From NCBI RefSeq assembly GCF_009914755.1, contig NC_060926.1: a stretch of 64,000 bases of DNA. One strand, given 5' to 3'. The DNA comes from the human T2T-CHM13v2.0 reference genome, Homo sapiens. Positions 1-15,647 of this stretch are shown in pieces. Position numbers and translations under genes: made by a program. Each line of letters opens with the position of its first letter. Within the stretch, counting starts at the first letter, position 1. Below the pieces are notes generated by a model. It saw nothing but the letters and a program-made list of their open reading frames with translations. It was not told the origin of the DNA and ran no database searches.

Positions 1-860
<860 letters not shown>

Positions 861-1292
861 TAGGGATGGAGAAGGAGAAGGCCTTGTTTTCAGTAATTCC
901 TAACATCCCATTGTGAGCGCCTGTGTTCCTCTGTCCCTGGGTAATTAGGGATCTGTTGGTTTCCCCAACAGAACATATTTAATGGACTGCTACTCAGAGA
1001 GGTAGAAATAAATACCACCAAGGCAGACAGTTCTACCGTAATTCTCTCAGTCAGTTCTCCATGTCCTGTAATCCATTTGACATTTGAACTCCAGTTAATA
1101 ATAAATCCATTTCTTTCTTTAAAATATGGAAAAATATATTCCTGTAACATATAATGTGCCCGATGTAGAATTTTTATAGGTTGAATAAGAAAAATACGCG
1201 TGACCCAAAAAGTAACAAATCACAGAAATATATAAATGTTAAGCTAAATGGTAACATACAAATGTTCGATCTCACTACTAATGAAAGACAAT

Positions 1293-2329
1293 TGATGCAG
1301 GGTTTTTTTCGGTGCCGCTTTGCCAGCTGGAGACCTCCGTGGTCGGCGATGCCCCTGCCCAGGCCTCTCTCGGCCCAGGTTCGCCCACTAGGCCTGCCGG
1401 GCCGCACCTGGCTTGCGCTTTGGCATATCCCGTGGCCTCGGTGACTGTGCTCTCAGCCCCCAGCAGGTGGGTTGTGCGAGCAACTGAGTGTAGGGGTCCG
1501 GGGGCTGCTCCAACCGCCAGCATAGGAGCAGGCTTCACACGGGGCTTGTAGCTGGACCAGGCGTGTGGCAAGTGACTCCCACAGTGGACTCCTGCGTCCA
1601 GGCGAGGGGAACACCGTGGCGCCCGAAGAGCAACAACCGCGACCCCGAAGCCCGAGAGGGGATGTTACAGCGTGCACACAGCTCTTTTCGACCCGCATCT
1701 GCTGCCGGACTAACGGGCATCTTAACGGCTCTAAACGGGCGCATTAACAGACCACTGCTTCCCGTTGAGTGGGGCAGCCGAAGGGGGTGGGGGATGGAGG
1801 GTTACAGTGTTATTGCTGTCTTGGTACCTGCACTCCGCGGAGTCCTGAGTTCTTGTCCTGCCTCCAAGAAGAACGAGATTATGCCGACAACCAGAGTGTG
1901 AGGAGGGCGGACGAGTTTTATTGAGCACAAAACAGCTCTCAGCAGAGAGGGGAGGCGAGGGTGGTCCCCCACCGAAAGTCAGGTGGTGTCTCTCCCAGTG
2001 TGGCTGGCTCAGGGGCTTTTTTGGGCTCAGAATGGAGGGGTGCATGCTGATTGTGAGTATGCAAAAAAGAAGGCTAAAACAAAGTCACCACTCAAAGGTG
2101 GGCACGACAGTGGAAAAAACCAGTTGGGGAAGGGTAGGTATATGTAAAATAGGTGAAGAGGGGTAATCAATCAGAGGAAAGTGCTCCACATGGGACGAAA
2201 GGTTCTCAGTCCCTTACGTGGGTTTATCCGGGACTTGCAGCTAGGCTTTAAACTGTCTTCAGTTCCAGTCAGGTTTCACCGGGGACCGCCCCTGTCTGCC
2301 TAGGATTTGTCTGCCTCCTGCTGCCATCA
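1293..2329 (-). mobile_element. Solo ERV1 LTR (LTR28/LTR27-like), antisense to the gene
   Basis: TG...CA termini. Minus strand begins TGATGGCAGCAGGAGGCAGACAAATCCTAGGCAGACAGG. Minus-strand AATAAA near 1917-1922. Flanks CAAT/CACT are a 3/4-matching 4-bp TSD. About 1.04 kb. Confidence 0.75.
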
Positions 2330-2684
2330 CACTCGAGTCATTTCCGTTTCCATTTATCAATCATGATCTACTGTTTGTTGAAGTGTGGGAAAATAGCCTC
2401 TCTAAGGCAGCCCAGATGGGACCAAAATCAGTACAAACATATTTAAGTAAATTTTAAAATGCGTATCAAATGTGCATATTCTTTGACCCAGAAATTCCAC
2501 TCTTAGGAATGTATTGTGAGGACATAATCATACTTCTATACATATACCAGCTGTTGAGATGTCTATCAGGGTGGTTTGTAATTGCAAAGAATCTGAAATA
2601 ATCTAAAAGCCCGTTATTAGGAGGCTTGAATACATTTGACTCACCTCATCTTTGCAATGGAATATTTATGTAAGTTTTTAAAAT

Positions 2685-3030
2685 GATGCCAGGGGTTAGG
2701 GGGAGGAAGGGATGAACAGGTGGAACATAGAGGATTTTAAGGCAATGAAACTATTCCGTGTGATACTTTAATGCTGGGTACATGTTGTTATTTATTTTAC
2801 CAAACCCATGGAAAGTGCTACACCAAGAGTCTACCCTAATGTAAGCTGTAGACTTTGGGTGACAATGATGTGTCCATGTAGATTCATCAGTTGTAATAGG
2901 TGGACCACTCTGGCGAGGTGCGTTGATCATGGGGAAGACTGTGTGTGTAGGGGGACAGGCAATATATGGAAGATCTCTATACCCGCTTAATTTCGCAGCA
3001 AACCTAAAAGTCCTCTAAGTAATAAAATCT
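2685..3030 (+). mobile_element. L1MC-type 3' end fragment
   Basis: ccaggggttagggggagg...gaaactattccgtgtgatact...tagactttgggtgacaatgatgtgtc, typical of the L1MC 3' UTR. Confidence 0.7.
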
Positions 3031-4714
3031 TCCTCTGATCATTGGTGAATAATAATATAAATAAATTGTAAAATCTATTTTTAAAAAGATATAAAACAGA
3101 ATATTTAATGAGGTTCATCTCATACTGTTAAATTTGAAAATCAGGACAGAAGATAGCATGTAGCATGCATAGTATGATAAAATTTTTATAAATATATGTA
3201 TACATATGTATCAGATTAAATCATATGCATGTCAGTTTTAGTTTATTGCAACCAAATTGTGGGACAGGATTAGTAGTTTCCATATGGCACTGTACATGAC
3301 GGGGCGCCCCACCTCCCAGTTACTGGCCTCAGATCCTGTGCGTGTCTGTCTTCCTGAAACTGAAAGAAGGACCTACAGCCCCCTTTAGTGCAACCACTTA
3401 CCCACTCCTGAACCCACTTACCCACTCCACTCTCACTCCTGAACACAAATAGGTAAGCCAATAAGCCAATCGTATGACTGTGACTATTGCTATTGAATTG
3501 ATAGATGGCTGAGACCTAGGAGTGGTGAATTCTCCAGGAAAAGAAAAGTGACATACTAGAGAAATGAAGCCAATTAATTTTTTCAGATAACTGAAGTGTA
3601 AGCCTATAGACATCCGTATTTTGGGTGTTTTACGGGCAGTCTTTCCAGAATGTTCATTGACTAATTTACTAATATTCATTTACTATACTTATTGTGTGTT
3701 TACTCTTGACCAGGCATTGGTCTAGGCATTCTTCTCTACCCTCTTAGGCAGAATATACTGAGCATAATTTAACCTTTGCAGGATCTTTTTAATGAATACC
3801 AATTCCGGACTCTGATGTCAGGGGTATTTGGATGTGTGGGATTGGATTTATTTGTCACTGAATTCTTACCTGTACTCCCACTCCCTGGTCTTGTCTCTGT
3901 ATCCTGTCCCCCCAAGATGGCTTTCATGTTCTGCTCCATGTTTCTTCCCTTCTCTCTCGGGGTCTTTGTCCTCTCTGCTGTAAAATTCCTTTAACATCTG
4001 TGGGTCTGGCCTTTAGCACTTTCTTTCAAACCCTCTGTTGCTTGCCTTGCCGTTTGCTTCTCCCTCTGACTGTAACTCAGAGGAAATCTGAAGGTTGCCA
4101 CAGGAAAGACTTAACCTATTGCTTCCCAACTGGGTGCTGCAGTCCAACGGTCTTAGGTACATTTGGAAAGGGGGAGAGGTGTTTCACTTTGGTTGACAAA
4201 AGGGCTGGGGTGAGCATATGACATTTAGTGAGTAGGGCTAAGAGTACTCAGTACCTTGCAGCGAGCTCAAAGCTTTCAAGGAATGGAAAACACCTGTTCC
4301 TCAAAAAAGCTTAAAGGTCTCTGGTCCTGTCCAGTTTCTCCTTTTATGATGAGGAAACAGATCCGAATGACTTGTGTGTTCACCAGCAAGCCTGCCATGT
4401 CCCAGGCATCCTCTCTCCTGACACAAAGGAAGGTGTAATGCCTACCCGCCAGCCCAGACCAGGACAGACGGCCTAGACAAGGGAAGGCAGACCTGCAAAT
4501 GGATAATTTCAGTGTCCTGTGGCTCAGTAGAGATCCAGGCAGAGTCCCATGGGCGTGTTTACCCTAGATAATGCAGCCACAACACTGCAGAGCCAGTGCC
4601 AGAACACAGGTCCTCTTTGCCTTAGTTCTGGCCTCTTTGTCTTATGTTGTATTTCTCCCTACCATAGAAAATGACTAATTGTATTTCTCTCAGAAGGATC
4701 TCTGTTTAAGTCAA

Positions 4715-5790
4715 AGAACTAGAAACAGCACTAATTATCAGGGAAATGCAAATCAAAATCACAATGAGATATCATGGCTGTTAACCGAAAACTCTGGAGA
4801 CAGCAAGAGTTGGTGAGGGTGTGGAGAAAGGGACCCTTGTGCACTGTTGGTGGGAATGTAAATTAATACAGCCATTATGGAAAACATGGAGGTGCCCGAA
4901 AAAGTTAAAAATGGAGCTACCATATGATCTAACAGTCCCCCATTCTGGGTATGTATCCAAAGGAATTGAAATCGGGATCTCAGAGAGATGCCTGCGCTCC
5001 ATGCTCACTGCAGAATTATACAGTAGCCCAGATAGGGAATCAACCTAAGTGCCTATCGACAGGTGAGAGGACAGAGAAAATTTGGTATGTAGTGGCTCAC
5101 GCCCATAATCCCAACTTCTCAGGAGGCTGAGGCAGGAGGCTCACTTGAGCCATGGTGTTCAAAGCTGCAATGAGCTATGATGGCACCACTGCACTCCAGC
5201 ATGGATAACAGAGTAAGACCTGTCTCTTTTTAAAAAAAAAAATGTTTTTAAAGAAAAGAAAATATACACAATGGAATTCTATTTAGTCCTTAAAAAACAA
5301 GGGGAAACCTTGCCATTTGTGACTATATGCATGCACCTGGTGGACATTAGGTTAAGTGAAATAAGCCAGACACAAAATGATGAATACCACGTGATCTCAT
5401 TTACATGTGGAATCTACAGAAGTCAGACTCATAGAAGCTGGGGCCTGGGGGTGTGAGGGGCATGGGGAGATGTTACTCAAAGGGTACAGAGCTTCATTTA
5501 TGCAAGAAGAAGGAATGCTGGGGATGGAATGTACATTTAACATGGTGACTATAGTTAGTAATACTGCGTTGTTTACTTGAAATTTGATGAGAGCAGATTT
5601 TAAGTGTCCTCACCACCCTCACACATATACACACACACACAGTAACTATGGGTAGTGACGGTTGTGTTAATTATTTCGACTTTGGAATTCAGTACACAAT
5701 GTCTATTTATAACAAATGATCATATATACCTTGAATATATATAATTTGTATTTGTCAACTAAATATTCTAAAATTTAAAAATATGCCTTT
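4715..5790 (+). mobile_element. L1MA-type 3' fragment interrupted by an Alu monomer (about 5092-5242)
   Basis: aatgcaaatcaaaatcacaatgagatatc...tgttggtgggaatgtaaatt...gttaagtgaaataagccagacaca; ORF2 C-terminal remnant in ORF 4821..5048. Confidence 0.8.
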
Positions 5791-6074
5791 TCTATTTACC
5801 CACATTTAAAAAAAAAAAAAAAGAACTGGAAATCAAATGGCTTAACTTTAGTGTTCCATAAAGAGTGAGTAGCTCAGTCTTCTCCAGGGTCCCAGAAGTT
5901 GCCTGATACGTAGACATATCCCTGATCAGTATGTGAGCTTAGGAAGAGCCTTGAATTAGAAGAATTGGTTTCAAATTGTTGGTTTGCCAATAACCTGTGT
6001 AACCTAAGGGAATTCATTGAACATCTGTGGCTCTATTTTCTTCTCTGTAAAATGAAAGGTTTTGGTAAGTCTGT

Positions 6075-6455
6075 CAGTTACGCTGTAGGTTCAGCTGCAT
6101 TAACAAAGAAAGCCAAAGGTATGGTGGCTGGAATAGGATACATGTTTATTTCCAGGTGGTAGAACACTTTGGAGATATGTGGGCCAGCACTGTGGATTGA
6201 CTCTACCTTCCTCAACCAAGTCCAGGAAGCTTTTTCCCATTGCTGTCTTCCAGCCATCTGGAAGAGGGAGAGGCTGGAGAGCTCTGCAGTATTCCTTTTA
6301 TGATACGTCATCTGGAAGACAGTGTGTCCACTCACATCCCACTACCTAGGGTTTAGTCACTTGGCCACACCAAGATGCAAGGAAGGCTGAAAATAGTCTT
6401 TAGGTAGGCGACCATGTGCTCAGGCAAAACCAAAGTTCTGTTACTAGAAGAAGGG
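6075..6455. mobile_element. Probable old MaLR (MLT1-type) LTR remnant
   Basis: tgtcagttacgctgtaggttcagctgcattaacaaag...agtcacttggccacaccaagatgcaaggaaggctg resembles MLT1; highly diverged. Confidence 0.4.
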
Positions 6456-6458
6456 GAG

Positions 6459-7120
<662 letters not shown>

Positions 7121-7663
7121 TTTTTGTGGATATATTTTCGTTTCTCTTGGGTAAAAACTTAATAGTATACTTTCTGGGGCTTACGATAAATGTGCATTTA
7201 GCTCTATAAGAAATAGAACAGTTTCCAAAGTGGGCACAGTATTTCATGTTTCCGTCAGCAGCGTATGAGAGTTCCAATTATTTTGTATCCATGGTATAGT
7301 CAACTTTTTTCGATTTTTGCATTTCTCTGATGACTGAGGTTATATAGACTACTTGATACAAAGGATCTCATGTATTAATCCTTTGATATGTAGACGGTTT
7401 GTATATCTTTATAGAGCATCTCTTCAAACGTTTTCTCCATCTTTCAAACTTCGGATGTTTGTCTTATTGTTACTGTGTTTTAAGAATTCTGTAAATATCC
7501 TGGTTGGAAATGAGCTATCATACACAATAGATGTGTTGCAATTTTTTTTTTTTTTACTATTCTATGTCTTGTTTTTGCAATTTCTTAGGTGTCTTTTGAA
7601 GGGCAGAAATTTTAATTTTGGGGTGCAGGTATACTAGCTACAGATTCTCGCAGCTTTTATTAG

Positions 7664-9460
<1,797 letters not shown>

Positions 9461-9463
9461 AAA

Positions 9464-9600
9464 CATGGCAGACCCACAGTCAGCACCCTTCAGCCCTGTG
9501 TGAGCTCTGGGCTTGCCAGCTCACAGGACTCTGTCCATGGCAGACCCACACTCAACACCCCACAGCCCTGTGTGAGCTCTGGGCTTGTCAGCTCACAGCA
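9464..9600 (+). repeat. 72-bp tandem duplication (2 copies)
   Basis: catggcagacccaca...cagccctgtgtgagctctgggcttg(c/t)cagctcacag at 9464 and 9536. Confidence 0.85.
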
Positions 9601-9721
9601 CCTCATCCTTTCCTGCCTTCAGAGCTGCACTCTCTGCACATACAGCTGAGTGTCAGCAGTAAACTCAAGGGCTCCCACACAAACCCTTTCTCTGCTTAGC
9701 TCCCTCCTTTCTAGATCTCTG

Positions 9722-9958
9722 GATATAAGAATTATCCAGTTTGTAAGTATGTTCCAAAACCATTTTCTAGTAAATTATGTTATAAATTGTAGCTGGGTTT
9801 TTAGAATAAACCACAAAGGATTATGTAGGTGGAACTTATTATATAGAGATAATGTATATTCTTTCTGACACATACACTCTCACACTTTCTCTGTCTCCCA
9901 TTGTTGTTAATAATTTAGCAAAATAAGAATGTTGGGAAAGCATATTTGAGTACAGTCT
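9722..9958 (+). repeat. ~230-bp dispersed duplication, copy 2
   Basis: Collinear with 6893-7120, with scattered substitutions and small indels. Confidence 0.9.
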
Positions 9959-12289
9959 CAAGCTCATCAGCCCACCCGCCTTAACCTCCTTGATGTCCCA
10001 AACCCTGCTTGGGATTCTCCTCCTGCAATGTGGTCCAAAAAGTGCCATTGGGTTCAAGAGTTCAACTCATGTTTTCCTTCTGTTGGGTCACAGTCCTTTG
10101 CTGTGTCTGAAGACAGTTGTTAGATTTCTTCTGAGCAATGTTGCAGTTGTTCACATCAAGACAGTCCAGTCCCAGTTACCCTGAAATGGACAGAAGCAAA
10201 TTACTGCTGCTTTTTATTCATTCATCAGTTGGTGGACATTTGGGCTGTTTCTACCTTTTGGCTGTTGTGAGTAATGCTACTGTGAACATTCACACACAGG
10301 CGTTTGTGTCTATGTGTTCTCAGTGATCTGGGATGTATAGCTAGGTGTGGACTTGCTGGATTCTGTGGTAACTCTGTTCAACATTTTGAGGCCCCGCCAG
10401 ACAGTTTTCTAAAATGGCTATTCCATGTTGACTCCCCACCAATGATGTGGTGTGTGAGGGTTCCAGTTGCTCCACATCCTTGAGTTTGGGTTTGGGTTTT
10501 AATTGTTGTGGTTTTTTTGTTCAGGTGGTCTCATTTTTCCCTGGAGTAAGCAAACACTGGATCAGAGGATAGACCCTGCCAGGATAAACAGGCACCTTTC
10601 TGCATTGGCGATGTGGCAGAAAGCTCAGCGTGTTCTGTGCCAGGTGCAGGGGCTGCTGCCTTTCAGCAGCGCTACCCCGTGAGCATTTGTGTCTTTGGGC
10701 TTCCCAGACAGTAAGGCCCATACGCTTTCAGTCCACTGCTCTGGCTTCTGTTTTGTCTTTCACCATCAAAATCAAGAAGGGACTACTGAGACTATTCCCC
10801 CATTGCAGGAAAGGCAGCCAGGCCCTAACCGCCTGTCAGCCGTGAGAACAGCCACTTGCTCCTCCATAAATGCACCTGACCAGGAGAATGGGGTGGCGAC
10901 ATCACGATGAGTCCCAGATTGTGATATATTCATGTGTTTCCTTCGTGTTCCCTGAACCTTGCCCTGGATAAAGTAGACCCTCACTGAATGGCTTGCTGGT
11001 CTGAAGGAATCATTGGTTCTAGCTGGATTCCATCCCAGGTGTAGTAGCACAGCTCTCTAGAAAGCCCTGGGGGAAGTTCCCTCCCCCTCCCACCTCCCCT
11101 GCACAGTAACGGCTAGAGGAGATGCAGTACAAGCGTCTCCACCTCCCTGCGCTGTCACCACCTTCAGTTAGCCACACAGCAAGGGCGAGGTTTGTCCTAA
11201 GACGCTTGTCACATCCTTGGCCCTCTGTTGGTGGGATATTTGATAGTCATGCATATGCTAGTATCTCAGGAACTTGCTGTGGTAGCTAAAATATTAACTA
11301 ACAGAGAATTTTAAGGACAAGAGATTTTCACAGCATGGTCTCATTGATAATGTTGTGGGGATGGAGGAGTTGAATTGGCCCTCCGTCCCTGGCATTACAA
11401 TTTGATTTTGCTCTTTACCCAGCTCGCTGCCCCCCTGGCTGAGATGCTCTTTGTCTGAGACGAGTTGCATTTTTGCAGAGCTTTATGGGGCCCTGTGTCT
11501 GAACTCTTTTATTTTGCCTTTTAATTATTGCTGCTAGATCAGTTAGCTGATTTTGTGGATCTGGTATTTGAAGTACTTCACCTTATGCTCTGAAAGCAGA
11601 AATTATACAACTGCTGCCCCTAGGTCTTTTCCTCAATGTGAGAAAACGTGAGGCTGGCCTCTGCGAGCACCAGGTTTAGCACCCAGGGAAGAGACAGACC
11701 TATGACCCGGAGCCACCCAGCCCCTTCTGCCGCAGGCTGTTGATCTCTCCTGGTAGAAGGGAGGCAGCAGAGCAGAGAAGCAATGTCAGCAGCTTTTCTG
11801 ATTCTCTTGCTCTCATGGTCTAGATTCTGTTCTTCTTTTAAGTGTCACTATTTTGAAAGATAGCAAAAGATTGAAATAACCTTGCTTCTTAGGAGAAACA
11901 ACTTCTATGCTTTTCTTTCCCCCGCTCCCCCCGCCACCGCCCCGCCGCCAAAAAAAAAAGGGTAGGAGAACAATAGGAAGAGATCTGAGCCAGCGGTGAA
12001 GTCCAGGCAGGGGGCACGCAGGCTTCTCTGCACCCTCAGTCACTGCGTGCTCCCAGTGGCCCGCCTGCAGCATGAGCATCAGCTTCTCTGTGGCTGGGAG
12101 GCAGCTTTGTGCTGAGATGGAGAGATCTTGGCTTTCTCCACCCCCCATCTTGGGGTTGTCCTAGTTTGAGTCTTTCTTCTGCTCACCCGAGAGACTGCAG
12201 GGACTTTGTGCTGTGTCCCTGTCAGCAGCTGCTGCGGGCCAGACGCCCAGAGCACGTGTCAGGGAAGATCCAGCCAGCTCCGGCTGCTT

Positions 12290-12640
12290 GCTGTCTCCAG
12301 GCATTTCAGGGACCTCAGAGCCACTGCTTCCTCCTCCCAGGATGCTCACTGTCTCTGGCATTTCAGGGACCTCAGAGCCACTGCTTCCTCCTCCCAGGAT
12401 GCTCACTGTCTCTGGCGTTTCAGGGACCTCAGAGCCACTGCTTCCTCCTCCCAGGATACTCACTGTCTCTGGCGTTTCAGGGACCTCAGAGCCACTGCTT
12501 CCTCCTCCCAGGATACTCACTGTCTCTGGCGTTTCAGGGACCTCAGCGCTGCTTCCCTTTCCCCCTGGGCTGCTCTATCCCCCCAGCTGCCCCTGCCTCA
12601 GGTGTTTCAGGGACCTCAGTGCTGCTGCCCCTTCCCAGGT
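12290..12640 (+). repeat. 57-bp minisatellite, about 4.5 copies plus one degenerate copy
   Basis: gc(a/g)tttcagggacctcagagccactgcttcctcctcccaggat(g/a)ctcactgtctctg at 12301, 12358, 12415, 12472 and 12529; 19-aa periodicity in the ORFs. Confidence 0.95.
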
Positions 12641-13894
12641 GCCTTTCCTCAGTCAGCAGCACCCCCAGAAAGGAGAGAGATGGTCCAGGGCTGTGTCCTG
12701 GTCCCAGCTGTGTGTGAGAGGCGTCTCCTGCCGCCCGTGGAGAGCATCGTGTCCTGTGAGCAGCCTTTACTTACCCTGGACTCTCCCTCGGCCTGCGGTG
12801 CAGCCACCGAAACAGCACTGAGGCCTGTGGACTGTGACAGTTTTCTCTGCACTGTTGGGATGACTAGTTTGTCCCCATACAACAGACTTGGTAACTTCAG
12901 GCCCTTCCCTGGGGCCCCTGAACTGTGCCGACTCCCGAGGGTCATGAAGGCTGGCTCGCCCAGCATCTGGGCTTGACACTAGCTGTGAGATTGCTCCCTG
13001 CTCAGGGCAGGTCATTGGCACATCTCTTCTGTCCCCAGGCCACACAAAAGCACCTGTTCTCCCTCCCCTTGCCCTTCTGTGTCTTCCCTTTAAAGCAAGT
13101 GGCATGCTTCAGATTCCACGTCCAGTGTTCTTCAGCACCGTCTAAAGATCGTTCTAATCAGAGGAGTCAGGTCAGGAGTAGAAACGGTCCCGTGCAGAGG
13201 CAACTGGATTCTTCCCTGGCTTGCAGCATGAAGTGCGCCCAGCAGCTCCTGGAGCAAGGCCTGGCTCAGCGAGGCTACCGAGGACCTGCTGTGAAAGGGG
13301 GTCTCAGTTTTCCTTTGGCTTGGCTGGTGACCTCAGCACTGAAGAGAGGGCCATTGGTAATTTAACTTCTTTAGCCCTAGCCCTCCAGGCTTTCCTGGAG
13401 GTCCAGGCAAGCATGGAGGCATTGATGAGATTTGGGAAGACTATTCAGGCCTGCCTGCACCAGCGCGAGGCTGGCCACTGTGGGTGCAGCCCCTGGTCCC
13501 CAGCAGTGTCACCTTCATGCTCCTGGGCCTCCCTAGGCCCCTCACCTGAGGCCTCTCTGCTGGCTTGGCTTTGCCTCTCACTACAAGCCTGGTAGTAGGC
13601 GGTAGGACTTACCGTTTCCTCTTCAGAATAAAGAACATGCTTTCTGATCAGTGGTGAATAAAGATATAATTTTTAAAATAAAAAGAATAAAGAGCAATTC
13701 TAAAATTATGCATTTTATTAACGATTGTGCTAATTTAGCTTCTGGTTAATTGAAGTTTTACGATACTATAACCGTTACTTTTACCTCCACAAGCCAGTGG
13801 AGAAAAAAGAAATTGTGTTTAGTTATGGGTTCTGGTTAGCTGAGTTTAGTTGACATTTTATTGTCTTGACATATTTTTCTTCTATTCTTCCCAG

Positions 13895-14011
13895 GGAGAT
13901 GCAGTTAAAGACTTGATGCTTCGCTTTCTGGGTGAAAAAGCTGCAGCAAAGAGACAAGTCCTAAATGCCGACTCAGTGGAACAATCTTTTGTTGGATTGA
14001 AACAGCTAATC
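13895..14011 (+). CDS. TRAPPC12: TRAPPC12 exon 3 (117 nt, phase 0-0): [39 protein letters not shown]
   Basis: Acceptor ttttcttctattcttcccag| and donor ATC|GTAAGT; in frame with both neighbours. Confidence 0.96.
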
Positions 14012-14427
14012 GTAAGTGACAATGTGTTTGATTTCAGTGTTGTTTTGTGATAAGTCCTGCCTGCCTTCATAATATTTTCTCTAGAAGTCAATTATTTTGA
14101 ATATTATTCAAAGCTCTTGCACATAAGTAGAATTTTGTTGGAGTAGATGCCAGTCCTGTGCACCAAAAAGCATCATATTAATACATGGATACTTTTAGGC
14201 CTAATTAGTTAAAAAGCCATTATTGGAAATGATCAAATTACTCAAAGCAGTGCATACTTTGATTGAGTTTGCTTCATCATATATAATAGAGATAAATGAT
14301 TTGTGTTCATTTTTTAAATATATTGCATTTTCTGCATTTTGTGTAGAAAGTTTATTATTGAATGGGTGAATTTCTGAACATTTTTAAGCTTTGTCATGAA
14401 TTCTATAAGTAGGTTTTTAAAATTCAT

Positions 14428-14733
14428 GGCTGGGCGCAGTGGCTCACACCTGTAATCCCAGCACTTTGGGAGGCCAAGGCGGGCAGATCACAAGGTCAGG
14501 AGTTCAAGACCAGCCTGGCCAACATGGTGAACCCCATCTCTACTAAAAATACAAAAATTAGCTGGGCATGGTGGTGCGTTCCTGTAATCCCAGATACTCA
14601 GGAGGCTGAGGCAGGAGAATCGCTTGAACTGGGACCCGGGAGGTGGAGGTTGCAGTGAGCCGAGATCACACCACTGCCACTCCAGCCTCGGCTACAGAGC
14701 GAGACTCCGTCTCAAAAAAATAAAAATAAAAAA
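14428..14733 (+). mobile_element. AluS
   Basis: Full-length Alu consensus with A tail. Confidence 0.95.
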
Positions 14734-15348
14734 ACATTAGTACTGGATCACCATTGCTGTACAGGTTGATTTGTTTCCAATGAATTTATAATCTTAAAGA
14801 CAGCTGTAATTGCGTTGGGTAGCTTTTCTAGATTAAGGAGAAGATATTGGAAGTTTGTCGCGTATGTTTCCTTCAGGAATCCTATGGTAGCCATGGGGTA
14901 AGTACTCTGAAATGAGAGCCCCATCTCACACCGAATCTCAGCTCCCCAGTGTTGTCTCCTTAGGGGGCTGTGGAATTGCTCTGCTAGCTCATCCACACGG
15001 TTGCCTAGAGTGGACTTAGCAAAGCCATGCTCCCATGCCTGCATGCAGTCAAGTTAGTGGGCACACTTTCTTGAAGGGGTTTGGAGAGTGAGGTCCTTGA
15101 TTTTGGGAATAAGTCCCACCGGCTGTCTGAAACTCATGTTGAAATGCGCCCTTATCCTGACTGTATTTCAGCGGCACATGGTCCAGACACTCTCCATTTG
15201 GGTGAACAATCTGGAGGACATGTATTCACCTTTCAACTTTCAAAAAAGAGAATGGAATTTCCTAATTTACTTATTTTTCTAATAGTTCCCCATCTTGTTT
15301 TTCTCAATTGTTACTAATTCTTCTGCACCGGGCTTCAGATTTCACCAA

Positions 15349-15647
<299 letters not shown>

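Noticed and set aside
12109-12976. Overlapping 202-256 aa ORFs
   Set aside because: Produced by the 57-bp tandem repeat; no recognisable protein.
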